Shown piece after piece: positions 20,657 to 30,005 of a stretch of DNA of 64,000 bases; positions within the stretch are counted from its first letter, which is position 1; each line of letters opens with the position of its first letter. This stretch comes from a virus (Duplodnaviria > Caudoviricetes), in IMG/VR virus record IMGVR_UViG_3300033463_006479, positions 32,001 through 96,000 of that record. One strand, written 5' to 3'. The notes below the pieces were generated by a model that saw only the letters and a program-made list of their open reading frames with translations, was not told the DNA's origin and made no database searches. Made by a program: the position numbers and the translations under genes.

Positions 20657-21736
20657 ATGAAAATATTGGATTCAAACGAATATATAAACGAGAAACTGGT
20701 AATCAAACCAGTAACAAAGGATAGGCTTTCCGATTATAAAAAGCCATATGCTGATGAGGAGACAATTCGATTCATAAAAGACAACAATCTTATATGGAAT
20801 CCATTATCAAAAAGTTATGACTGCGAAGGTTATGTTAATGTATCAGATGACATAGTAATTAATGGAAAACTCAAAATAAGATTCGGAAAGGTCTGTTTGG
20901 ATTTTAATTGCACTGATAATGAACTGACTACTCTTGAAGGAGCACCAAATGAAGTAGGAGGGGATTTTCTTTGCTTTCACAATGAACTGACCGCCCTTGA
21001 AGGCGCACCGAAGAAAGTCGGCGGACATTTTAATTGCAATAGTAATTATCTGACAACACTTGAAGGAGCACCAAATAATGTTGGTGGGAATTTTTATTGC
21101 AGTAACAATCAACTGACTACACTTGAAGGTGCACCGAATAAAGTTGATGGAAATTTTGATTGCAGTAAAAATAAACTGACCACCCTTGAAGGAGCACCGC
21201 AGGAAGTATGTGGAAGTTTTTATTGCGGTAACAATCAACTGACTACACTTGAAGGCGCACCAAATAAAGTTGATGGCGATTTTGATTGTTATAATAATAA
21301 TCTGACCTATCTTAAAGGCGCACCGCAGGAAGTATGTGGAAGTTTTTATTGCAGCAAAAATAAACTGACCTCGCTTGAAGGTGCACTGAAGAAAGTTGGT
21401 GGAGGCTTTAATTGCAGTAGTAATAATCTGGCCACCCTTGAAGGAGCACCGAAGAAAGTTGGTGGAAATTTTAGTTGCCGTAATAATAATCTTACCACCC
21501 TTGAAGGAGCACCGCAGGAAGTTGGTGGAAATTTTAGTTGCCGTAACAATAATCTGACCACGCTTGAAGGAACACCAAAGAAAGTTTGTGGGGATTTTTA
21601 TTGCAGTCATAATAATCTTACCACACTTGAAGGCGCACCAAATGAAGTCGGTGGTGATTTTGATTGCAGCAATAATCCAAACCTTGTTTTACCAAAAGAA
21701 AAACCGAACTGGCTGAAAGGAAAAATAATCAGTTAA
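20657..21736 (+). CDS. Tagged LRR protein
   Basis: Tag + about 12 repeats. Confidence 0.9.
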   Translation: MKILDSNEYINEKLVIKPVTKDRLSDYKKPYADEETIRFIKDNNLIWNPLSKSYDCEGYVNVSDDIVINGKLKIRFGKVCLDFNCTDNELTTLEGAPNEVGGDFLCFHNELTALEGAPKKVGGHFNCNSNYLTTLEGAPNNVGGNFYCSNNQLTTLEGAPNKVDGNFDCSKNKLTTLEGAPQEVCGSFYCGNNQLTTLEGAPNKVDGDFDCYNNNLTYLKGAPQEVCGSFYCSKNKLTSLEGALKKVGGGFNCSSNNLATLEGAPKKVGGNFSCRNNNLTTLEGAPQEVGGNFSCRNNNLTTLEGTPKKVCGDFYCSHNNLTTLEGAPNEVGGDFDCSNNPNLVLPKEKPNWLKGKIIS

Positions 21737-21739
21737 GAT

Positions 21740-22828
21740 ATGAAAATACTGGATTCAAACGAATACATAAACGAGAAACTGGACATTAAGCCAGTTACAA
21801 ATGACATACTTTCCAAATTTAGGGAAGAACCTTATATTGATAAAAAGACAAGAAAATTCATAGAAGTCAACAATCTTATATGGAATCCAGTCACAATGAG
21901 TTATGACTGTGATGGCGATGTTGATGTGTGGGAAGGCATAGTTACAGATGGAAAACTCAAAATAAGATTTGGGGATGTCTGTGGTGATTTTGATTGCAGT
22001 TATAATGAACTGACCACCCTTGAAGGCGCACCGAAAAAAGTAGGTGGTGATTTTGATTGTGATATTAATAATCTGACCACACTTGAAGGAGCACCAAATG
22101 TGGTGGGTGGACATTTTATTTGCAATGGCAATAAACTGACTTCACTTAAAGGAGCACCGAATGACGTTGGCGGAGATTTTAATTGCAGTGACAATAGTAT
22201 AACCACGCTTGAAGGTGCACCGAATAAGGTGGGCTGGGATTTTGATTGCAGTATTAATAAACTGACCACCCTTGAAGGAGCACCGAATGAAGTTGGTGGC
22301 GATTTTAATTGCAGTAGTAATAGTCTGACTACCCTTAAAGGCGCACCGAAGAAAGTTGATGGTGATTTTGATTGCAGTGGTAATAATCTGACCGCCCTTG
22401 AAGGTGCATCGAATGAGGTCGGTGGGTATTTTTATTGCTGTTATAATAAACTAACAACCCTTGAAGGTGCACCGAAGAAAGTGAGTGGAAATTTTTATTG
22501 TTATAACAATAATCTGACCACACTTGAAGGAGCACCAAATGAAGTAGGCGGGGATTTTAATTGCTCTTTTAATAATCTGACTGCCATTGAAGGAGCACCG
22601 AAGAAAGTCGGTGGGGATTTTAATTGCAGTAACAATGAACTGACCACCCTTGAAGGAGCACCGACTGTGGTTGGTAAAGGTTTTAATTGCAGTCATAATG
22701 AACTGACCACTCTTGAAGGAGCACCACAGAAAGTCGTTGGCGATTTTTATTGCAGACATAATCCAAACCTTGTTTTACCAGAAGAAAAACCGATTTGGAT
22801 TGAAGGAAAATATATAACTGCTTTATGA
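21740..22828 (+). CDS. Tagged LRR protein
   Basis: Tag + about 12 repeats. Confidence 0.9.
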   Translation: MKILDSNEYINEKLDIKPVTNDILSKFREEPYIDKKTRKFIEVNNLIWNPVTMSYDCDGDVDVWEGIVTDGKLKIRFGDVCGDFDCSYNELTTLEGAPKKVGGDFDCDINNLTTLEGAPNVVGGHFICNGNKLTSLKGAPNDVGGDFNCSDNSITTLEGAPNKVGWDFDCSINKLTTLEGAPNEVGGDFNCSSNSLTTLKGAPKKVDGDFDCSGNNLTALEGASNEVGGYFYCCYNKLTTLEGAPKKVSGNFYCYNNNLTTLEGAPNEVGGDFNCSFNNLTAIEGAPKKVGGDFNCSNNELTTLEGAPTVVGKGFNCSHNELTTLEGAPQKVVGDFYCRHNPNLVLPEEKPIWIEGKYITAL

Positions 22829-23592
22829 AAATACTTGATTCAAACGAATATATAAACGAGAAACTGGACATCCAGCCAGTCACAAAGGATAGGTTTGCCA
22901 AATTTAAGGAAGAACCTTATATTGATGAAAAGACAAGAAAATTCATAGAAGACAACAATCTTATATGGAATCCAGTTACAATGAGCTATGACTGTGGAGG
23001 TGGTGTTAAAGCATCAGAGGATATAGTTGCTGACGGAAAACTTAAAATAAGATTCGGGAAGGTTGATGGGGATTTTAATTGCAGTGATAATCAACTGACA
23101 ACCCTTGATGGAGCACCGAAGGAAGTGGGTAGAAATTTTTATTGCAGAAGAAATAAACTGACAACCCTTGAAGGAGCACCGAAGGAAGTGAGCGGAAGTT
23201 TTTATTGCAGTCGTAATAATCTGACCACCCTTAAAGACGCACCACAAAAAGTGGGTGGAGATTTTGATTGCATTGGTAATAAACTAACCACCCTTGAAGG
23301 AGCACCGCAGGAAGTTGGTGGGTATTTTAGTTGCAGTAATAATAATCTTACAACGCTTGAAGGAGCACCTCAAGAAATAGGTAAGGATTTTGATTGCAGT
23401 TTTAATAATCTTACCACCCTTAAAGGAACACCGCAGAAAGTCGGTGGGTATTTTAATTGCAGTGACACCAATCTGACCACCCTTGAGTACGCACCGAATG
23501 AAGTTGACGGTTATTTTTATTGTTATAATAACTCAAGTCTTGTTTTGCCAGAGGAGAAACCGAGCTGGCTGAAAGGGAGAATAATAAGTTAA
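22825..23592 (+). CDS. Tagged LRR protein
   Basis: Tag + 22-aa repeats. Confidence 0.9.
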   Translation: MKILDSNEYINEKLDIQPVTKDRFAKFKEEPYIDEKTRKFIEDNNLIWNPVTMSYDCGGGVKASEDIVADGKLKIRFGKVDGDFNCSDNQLTTLDGAPKEVGRNFYCRRNKLTTLEGAPKEVSGSFYCSRNNLTTLKDAPQKVGGDFDCIGNKLTTLEGAPQEVGGYFSCSNNNLTTLEGAPQEIGKDFDCSFNNLTTLKGTPQKVGGYFNCSDTNLTTLEYAPNEVDGYFYCYNNSSLVLPEEKPSWLKGRIIS

Positions 23593-23595
23593 ATT

Positions 23596-24300
23596 ATGAA
23601 AACACTGAAAACTGAACAATACATAAGCGAGAAACTGACCATACAGCCAGTCACAAAGGACAGACTTTCCAAAATGAAAGAAGAGCCGTCTGTTGATGAA
23701 AAAGCAAGGCTATACATAGAAGAAAACAACTTGGTTTGGAATTCAAAAACAATAAGCTATGATTGTTATGGAGATGTTGATGTGTCGGAAGACATAGTTA
23801 CAGATGGAAAACTCAAAATAAGATTTGGAAAGATTGGTGGGTATTTTGATTGCAATAACAATAGACTGACTACGCTTGAAGGAGTACCGAAAGAAGTTGG
23901 TGGGTATTTTGATTGCAGTTATAACAATCTGACCACACTTGAAGGAGCACCGAATGTTGTTGGTGAAGATTTTTATTGTGATAACAATAGACTGACCACT
24001 CTTGAAGGCGCACCGAATGAAGTGAGTGGTGATTTTTTTTGCGGTGGCAATAAACTGGCCACACTTGAAGGAGCACCGAAGGAAGTTGGCGGTTGTTTCA
24101 GTTGTAGTAATAATAATCTTACAACGCTTGAAGGTGCACCGAAAAAGGTCGGCGGGTATTTTAATTGCAGTGACAATAATCTGACTACACTTGAAGGAGC
24201 ACCACAGAAAGTTGGTGGGGATTTTAATTGCATTAATAACCCAAACCTTGTTTTACCAGAAGAAAAACCAATCTGGGTGAAAGGTGAAATATATAAATAA
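23596..24300 (+). CDS. Tagged LRR protein
   Basis: Tag + 22-aa repeats. Confidence 0.9.
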   Translation: MKTLKTEQYISEKLTIQPVTKDRLSKMKEEPSVDEKARLYIEENNLVWNSKTISYDCYGDVDVSEDIVTDGKLKIRFGKIGGYFDCNNNRLTTLEGVPKEVGGYFDCSYNNLTTLEGAPNVVGEDFYCDNNRLTTLEGAPNEVSGDFFCGGNKLATLEGAPKEVGGCFSCSNNNLTTLEGAPKKVGGYFNCSDNNLTTLEGAPQKVGGDFNCINNPNLVLPEEKPIWVKGEIYK

Positions 24301-24303
24301 TTT

Positions 24304-24882
24304 ATGAGAATACTGAAGTCAGACACATATATAAACGAGAAACTGGACATTAAGCCAGTCACAAAGGACAGACTTTCCAAATTTATGGAAAAACTGTATG
24401 TTGATGAAAACACAAGGAAATTTATAGAAAAGAATAATCTTAAATGGAATCCATTATTAAAAGGTTATGACTGTGGAGGTGATGTTAAAGTATCAGAGGA
24501 TATAGTCACTGACGGAAAACTGAAAATAAGATTTGGGAAAGTCGGTGGTAATTTTCATTGCGGTAGTAATAATCTGACCACGCTTGAAGGCGCACCGAAG
24601 GAAGTCGGTGGGTGTTTCAGTTGTAGTAATAATAATCTTACAACGCTTGAAGGAACACCGAAAAATGTCTGTGGGTATTTTAATTGCAGTGATAATAAAC
24701 TGACTTCACTTGAAGGAGCACCGCAGGAAGTCGGTGGGAATTTTTATTGCAGTGGTAATGAACTGACTACGCTTGAAGGCGCACCGAAGGAAGTCGGTGG
24801 GGATTTTATTTGCAGATATAACCAAAACCTTGTTTTACCAAAAGAAAAACCGAGCTGGCTGAAAGGGAATTTTATAAATTAA
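24304..24882 (+). CDS. Tagged LRR protein
   Basis: Tag + 22-aa repeats. Confidence 0.9.
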   Translation: MRILKSDTYINEKLDIKPVTKDRLSKFMEKLYVDENTRKFIEKNNLKWNPLLKGYDCGGDVKVSEDIVTDGKLKIRFGKVGGNFHCGSNNLTTLEGAPKEVGGCFSCSNNNLTTLEGTPKNVCGYFNCSDNKLTSLEGAPQEVGGNFYCSGNELTTLEGAPKEVGGDFICRYNQNLVLPKEKPSWLKGNFIN

Positions 24883-24891
24883 ATCAAAATT

Positions 24892-25659
24892 ATGGAAATA
24901 CTGAAAACCGAACAATATATAAACGAGAAACTGACCATACAGCCAGTAACAAAGGATAGACTTTCCAAATTTAGGGAAGAACCTTATATTGATGAAAAGA
25001 CAAGGCAATTCATAGAATACAACAACCTTAAATGGAATCCAGTTACAAAAAGTTATGATTGTGAAGGTGATGTTAAAGTATCAGAGGATATTGTTGCTGA
25101 CGGAAAACTGAAAATAAGATTCGGAAAAGTTAGCGGGATTTTTGATTGCAGTAACAATAAACTGACATCGCTTGAAGGAGCACCGAATGAAGTTGGTGGT
25201 AATTTTTATTGCGGTTATAATGAACTGACCACCCTTGATGGCGCACCGCAATATGTTGGTGTTGGTTTTCATTGTTATGGTAATAAACTGACTTCCCTTG
25301 AAGGCGCACCTCAAGAAATAGGTAAAGATTTTGATTGCGGTTATAATAATCTGACCACCCTTGAAGGAGCACCGAAGAAAGTTGGTGGTAATTTTGATTG
25401 CAGCAGTAATGTATTGACCACCCTTGAAGGCGCACCAAAATATGTTGGTGATAATTTTATTTGCAGTTATAATAAACTGACCACTCTTGAATGCGCACCG
25501 CAAGAAGTTGGTGTGGGTTTTTATTGCACTTCCAATAATCTGACCTCTCTTGAAGGTGCACCGAATAAAGTCGGTGGGTATTTTTATTGCAGTGATAATT
25601 CAAACCTTGTTTTACCAAAAGAAAAACCGAGCTGGGTGAAAGGAGAAATAATAAGTTAA
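24892..25659 (+). CDS. Tagged LRR protein
   Basis: Tag + 22-aa repeats. Confidence 0.9.
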   Translation: MEILKTEQYINEKLTIQPVTKDRLSKFREEPYIDEKTRQFIEYNNLKWNPVTKSYDCEGDVKVSEDIVADGKLKIRFGKVSGIFDCSNNKLTSLEGAPNEVGGNFYCGYNELTTLDGAPQYVGVGFHCYGNKLTSLEGAPQEIGKDFDCGYNNLTTLEGAPKKVGGNFDCSSNVLTTLEGAPKYVGDNFICSYNKLTTLECAPQEVGVGFYCTSNNLTSLEGAPNKVGGYFYCSDNSNLVLPKEKPSWVKGEIIS

Positions 25660-25662
25660 AAT

Positions 25663-26556
25663 ATGCAAATACTGAAAACCGAACAATACATAAACGAGAA
25701 ACTGACCATACAGCCAGTTACAAAGGACAGACTTTCCAAAATGAAAGAAGAGCCTTCTGTTGATAAAAAAGCAAGGCGATTCATAGAAGAAAACAACTTG
25801 GTTTGGAATCCAGTAACAATGAGTTATGACTGTGATGGTGATGTCAAAACATCAAAGGATATAGTTGCTGGTGGAAAATTGAACATAAAATTCGGAAATG
25901 TCGGCGGGGAGTTTAATTGCAATGAAAGTCATCTGACCACACTTGAAGGCGCACCGCAGGAAGTATGTGGAAGTTTTAGTTGCAATCATAATAATCTGAC
26001 CACCCTTGAGGGCGCACCGAAGAAAGTCGGTGGGCATTTTTATTGCATTGGTAATAATCTGACCACCCTTGAATGCGCACCAAATGAAGTTGGTGAAAAT
26101 TTTTATTGCAGTTATAATGAACTTACCTCGCTTGAAGGAGCACCGAAGAAAGTCGGCGGATATTTTGATTGTAGTAACAATAAATTGAAAATACTTGATG
26201 GTGCACCGCAGGAAGTGGGTGGAAATTTTGTTTGCAGTTTTAATAATCTGACCACACTTGATGGCGCACCGAAAAAAGTAGGCTGGTATTTTGATTGCAG
26301 TCATAATAATCTAACTTCACTTGAAGGTGCACCGCAGGAAGTTTATGGAGGTTTTTATTGCAGTAACAATAATTTGACCTCGCTTGAAGGTGCACCGAAT
26401 AAAGTGGATGGGGGTTTTAGTTGCAATAGTAATAATCTGACTTCACTTGAAGGCGCACCGAAAAAGGTTGGCGGTGATTTTTATTGCAGTTATAATCCGA
26501 ATTTGTATTTGCCTAAAGAAAAACCGAGCTGGTTGAAAGGAAATTTTATAAATTAA
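25663..26556 (+). CDS. Tagged LRR protein
   Basis: Tag + 22-aa repeats. Confidence 0.9.
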   Translation: MQILKTEQYINEKLTIQPVTKDRLSKMKEEPSVDKKARRFIEENNLVWNPVTMSYDCDGDVKTSKDIVAGGKLNIKFGNVGGEFNCNESHLTTLEGAPQEVCGSFSCNHNNLTTLEGAPKKVGGHFYCIGNNLTTLECAPNEVGENFYCSYNELTSLEGAPKKVGGYFDCSNNKLKILDGAPQEVGGNFVCSFNNLTTLDGAPKKVGWYFDCSHNNLTSLEGAPQEVYGGFYCSNNNLTSLEGAPNKVDGGFSCNSNNLTSLEGAPKKVGGDFYCSYNPNLYLPKEKPSWLKGNFIN

Positions 26557-26565
26557 ATCAAAATT

Positions 26566-27585
26566 ATGCAAATACTGAAAACCGAACAATATATAGACGA
26601 GAAACTGGTAGTTAAACCATTAACAAAGGATAGGCTTGTCAAATTTAAAGAAGAGCCTTCTGTTGATGAAAACGCAAGGCAATTCATAGAAAAAAACAAC
26701 TTGGTTTGGAATCCCAAAACAATGAGTTATGACTGTGATGGCGATGTTAGCGTATCAGAAGATATAGTCATTGACGGAAAATTGAAAATAAGATTCGGAA
26801 AAGTTAGTGGATGTTTTGATTGCAGTTATAACAAACTGATATCGCTTGAAGGAGCACCGAAGAAAGTGGGCGGGGATTTTAGTTGCAGTCATAATAAACT
26901 GACCACCCTTGAAGGAGCACCGCAGAATGTGGGCGGGAAATTTAATTGCATTCATAATAAACTGACTACCCTTGAAGGAGCTCCGAATGTGGTTGGTAAC
27001 AGTTTTTATTGCAGCAAAAATGAACTGACCACCCTTGAAGGAGCACCGCAGAAAGTGGGCAGGGATTTTAATTGTAGTGATAATAATCTAACCACACTTG
27101 AGGGCGCACCACAAGAAGTTGGAGGTAAATTTGATTGCGATAACAATATACTGACATCACTTGAAGGCGCACCGAAGAAAGTCGGCTGGGATTTTTATTG
27201 CAGTGTTAACAAGCTAACCTCACTTAAAGGTGCGCCGAATGAAGTGGGCGGGGATTTTTATTGCTATTATAATAAACTGACCTCGCTTGAAGGTGCGCCA
27301 CAAAAGGTTGGTAAAACTTTTGATTGCAGTGACAATAAACTAACAACACTTGAAGGAGCACCGAGTGTTGTTGGCAGAGGTTTTTGTTGCAACAAAAATA
27401 ATCTGACTACCCTTGAAGGAGCACCGCAGAAAGTTGGTGAGGATTTTATTTGCTTTCACAATCAACTTACCACCATTGAAATAGCACCGCAGGAAGTCGG
27501 AGGCGATTTTTTTTGCAGCAATAACCCAACCCTTGTTTTACCAAAAAGAAAACCGAGCTGGCTGAAAGGAAATATAATACGTTAA
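26566..27585 (+). CDS. Tagged LRR protein
   Basis: Tag + 22-aa repeats. Confidence 0.9.
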   Translation: MQILKTEQYIDEKLVVKPLTKDRLVKFKEEPSVDENARQFIEKNNLVWNPKTMSYDCDGDVSVSEDIVIDGKLKIRFGKVSGCFDCSYNKLISLEGAPKKVGGDFSCSHNKLTTLEGAPQNVGGKFNCIHNKLTTLEGAPNVVGNSFYCSKNELTTLEGAPQKVGRDFNCSDNNLTTLEGAPQEVGGKFDCDNNILTSLEGAPKKVGWDFYCSVNKLTSLKGAPNEVGGDFYCYYNKLTSLEGAPQKVGKTFDCSDNKLTTLEGAPSVVGRGFCCNKNNLTTLEGAPQKVGEDFICFHNQLTTIEIAPQEVGGDFFCSNNPTLVLPKRKPSWLKGNIIR

Positions 27586-27588
27586 ACT

Positions 27589-28101
27589 ATGAAAATACTG
27601 GATTCAAACGAATACATAAACGAGAAACTGAACATACAGCCAGTTACAAAGGATAGGCTTTCCGATTATAAAAAGCCATCTGTTGATAAGGAAACAATAC
27701 GATTTATAGAAGAGAAAAATCTTATATGGAATCCATTATCAAAATGTTATGATTGCGGAGGTAATGTTAGAGTATTAGATGATATGGTCATTGACGGAAA
27801 ACTCAAAATAAAATTCGGGAAAGTCGGTGGTGGTTTTGATTGCAGTAACAATAAACTGACCACACTTGAAGGCGCACCGCAGGAAGTGCGTGGAGGTTTT
27901 TATTGTAATAACAATAATCTGACCTCGCTTGAATGTGCACCACAAAAAGTTGGTGGAAATTTTAATTGCAGTTCTAATAATCTAACCTCGCTTGAATGCG
28001 CACCACAGAAAGTTGGTGGTGATTTTTATTGCAGACATAATCCAAACCTTGTTTTACCAGAAGGAAAACCGAGCTGGCTGAAAGGAGAAATATATGACTA
28101 A
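27589..28101 (+). CDS. Tagged LRR protein
   Basis: Tag + 3 repeats. Confidence 0.9.
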   Translation: MKILDSNEYINEKLNIQPVTKDRLSDYKKPSVDKETIRFIEEKNLIWNPLSKCYDCGGNVRVLDDMVIDGKLKIKFGKVGGGFDCSNNKLTTLEGAPQEVRGGFYCNNNNLTSLECAPQKVGGNFNCSSNNLTSLECAPQKVGGDFYCRHNPNLVLPEGKPSWLKGEIYD

Positions 28102-28104
28102 TTT

Positions 28105-28605
28105 ATGAGAATACTGGATTCAAAAGAATACATAAGCGAGAAACTGGATATTAAACCTATAACAAAGAAAAGATTGAAAAGCGGTATGTTCGATTGGAAA
28201 AATAAATTGAAAACTGGAGATGCCGTTATCATTAAACTTGTGTCGGATTCAAAAAAAGAATATACAGTTGAGTTTTTTTATGTATCTGAAGAAGATTACA
28301 ACCAATACAAATCAATCTTTAACTTTGATATGGCCAGCATAGAAACCGATAAATTGAAAAACGGTATGTTCATAAGGTGGCGTTGGGGTGATAAAAAATA
28401 TGAATTTAGTATGGTAAGCCAGTATGGTGACATTAATGCAATGCGAACAACAAGTGCTGGCAATTATGAGTATGTATGCCGCATATACCGCAACGAGAAA
28501 TTTGAATATCCGCTAACTGGAAAATATTTCAAAGACAACCAAAATCTTGTTTTTGCGTTGTCTTACGGCTGGTCACTTGTTTATGATTCTGTTTTAAATC
28601 ACTAA
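28105..28605 (+). CDS. Tagged protein with domain X
   Basis: Tag + LKTGDAVII...FFYVSEEDY. Confidence 0.8.
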   Translation: MRILDSKEYISEKLDIKPITKKRLKSGMFDWKNKLKTGDAVIIKLVSDSKKEYTVEFFYVSEEDYNQYKSIFNFDMASIETDKLKNGMFIRWRWGDKKYEFSMVSQYGDINAMRTTSAGNYEYVCRIYRNEKFEYPLTGKYFKDNQNLVFALSYGWSLVYDSVLNH

Positions 28606-28613
28606 ATTGTTAT

Positions 28614-29105
28614 ATGGAACGGAAAGTATATGTTTTCAGCAAACGTCTTTTTGACAAGTGTATGACGGAAAATAATGTGCCGCACGCATTTCCAGCAAAG
28701 TCTATGGCTATGACAAATCCGATTGCATATATATCAATAAGCGAGCCAGACGAAAAATCGCACTGGTTTTGGTATAGCCAGCCAACTGTGCTTAACATTG
28801 ACTTTTGGGATGTGAACGGATATGATGTTGAAGGAATAAAAGGGCTTACAGATGAGCAGGCCAAAACGATATACGAGTTTATAGATTATGCTATTGAATA
28901 CTGCCCGTTTATGACTTTCTATGTGCATTGTCGGGCTGGTGCTTCACGCTCGCAGGCCGTTGCTGAATTTTTGCGTGACTGCTACGGCTATGAGATTGAA
29001 CGTGTTGCTGACGGCAAAGGATTTGCAAACCAGCACGTCCTACAACTTTTGAAACGAATGTATAGCGAAAACCATAAGGACAAATATCGGCCAGATAACC
29101 GATAA
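28614..29105 (+). CDS. Protein-tyrosine/dual-specificity phosphatase-like protein
   Basis: CX5R loop VHCRAGASRS. Confidence 0.8.
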   Translation: MERKVYVFSKRLFDKCMTENNVPHAFPAKSMAMTNPIAYISISEPDEKSHWFWYSQPTVLNIDFWDVNGYDVEGIKGLTDEQAKTIYEFIDYAIEYCPFMTFYVHCRAGASRSQAVAEFLRDCYGYEIERVADGKGFANQHVLQLLKRMYSENHKDKYRPDNR

Positions 29106-29174
29106 ATTGTGTTTATCGGCTGAATGACCGATAAATGCGATGTATAAATAATATAGAAAATATAATTTGAAGAT

Positions 29175-29606
29175 ATGGCACGAATTAAAAGAATTGACGA
29201 GATGTCAAACAATAAGAAATACACACTCCGTGGGCTTGTTCTCGGAACAGAGCTTGACGGCAAATATATGATGACTGATGACGGACTTAAAGCTGTTTAT
29301 CACGCATTGTATAATGGTGAAGATGTAGATGGCGCAATTGAATTTGCCGAATATGCCGCTGAACGCATAAACAAAAGTGAGTTTGAAGCATACATCAGTG
29401 AATGCATAAAACCATTTATATATGATAAATTAAGCGATGACGCTTCATATAAAAAAATACTTGATACAATCTATGATGGTGATTATTTGAATTATTTGTC
29501 ACCAAGTGTTAGTGCATTTGAAGAATTTGATAACGGTAATTATACACAGTGGGCATACGAGGTTGCAAATTTGATTGGTCTTGGAAAATACTACGAAGAA
29601 AATTAA
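29175..29606 (+). CDS. Hypothetical late protein
   Basis: 143-aa ORF after TATAAATA (29143); short IDE-ending N-terminus. Confidence 0.7.
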   Translation: MARIKRIDEMSNNKKYTLRGLVLGTELDGKYMMTDDGLKAVYHALYNGEDVDGAIEFAEYAAERINKSEFEAYISECIKPFIYDKLSDDASYKKILDTIYDGDYLNYLSPSVSAFEEFDNGNYTQWAYEVANLIGLGKYYEEN

Positions 29607-29631
29607 CGGGCAATATACTTATTCCGAAACA

Positions 29632-29661
29632 AAAAATGGCGGACTTGAATCCGCCATTTTT
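29632..29661. terminator. Bidirectional intrinsic terminator
   Basis: AAAAATGGCGGA-cttgaa-TCCGCCATTTTT between convergent genes. Confidence 0.8.
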
Positions 29662-30005
29662 CATATATTGTTGTTTGTGCTATTTCTTGAAAACATAATC
29701 AAGCATTTCTTTGCAAAAGTCATTCAGTACATTAAATACAGATGAAACAAATTTGACGGCAAATTTTTCAAAATCTCCGTGAATCAATTTTGAGTAATTT
29801 ACTTGAAAATAATCCATACCACCTTCATCGTTTTCAAGTTCACATTTAATTGGCATAAAGCCGAAATATTTTTTTGCGTTTTTTCTTGTAAAATCTGAAA
29901 GCAATGTAAGAAACGTATTTTCTATACGGAGCAACCTTTCGGTATTGGTGCTGATTACAATTCCGTATTCAAAAAATCTTTTTACTTCATTTTCTGTTAT
30001 TTCAT

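Larger units (their letters stand above)
17825..28101 (+). repeat. Tandem array of 13 paralogous LRR genes built from a 66-bp (22-aa) unit
   Basis: Unit FxCxxNxLT(T/S)LEGAPxxVGGx; shared N-cap (FIExNNLxWNP..YDC) and C-cap (NPNLVLPxEKPSWxKG). Confidence 0.95.

Noticed and set aside
17825-28101. 66-bp periodicity as a second CRISPR array
   Set aside because: The units are in-frame coding repeats with no constant repeat plus unique spacer structure
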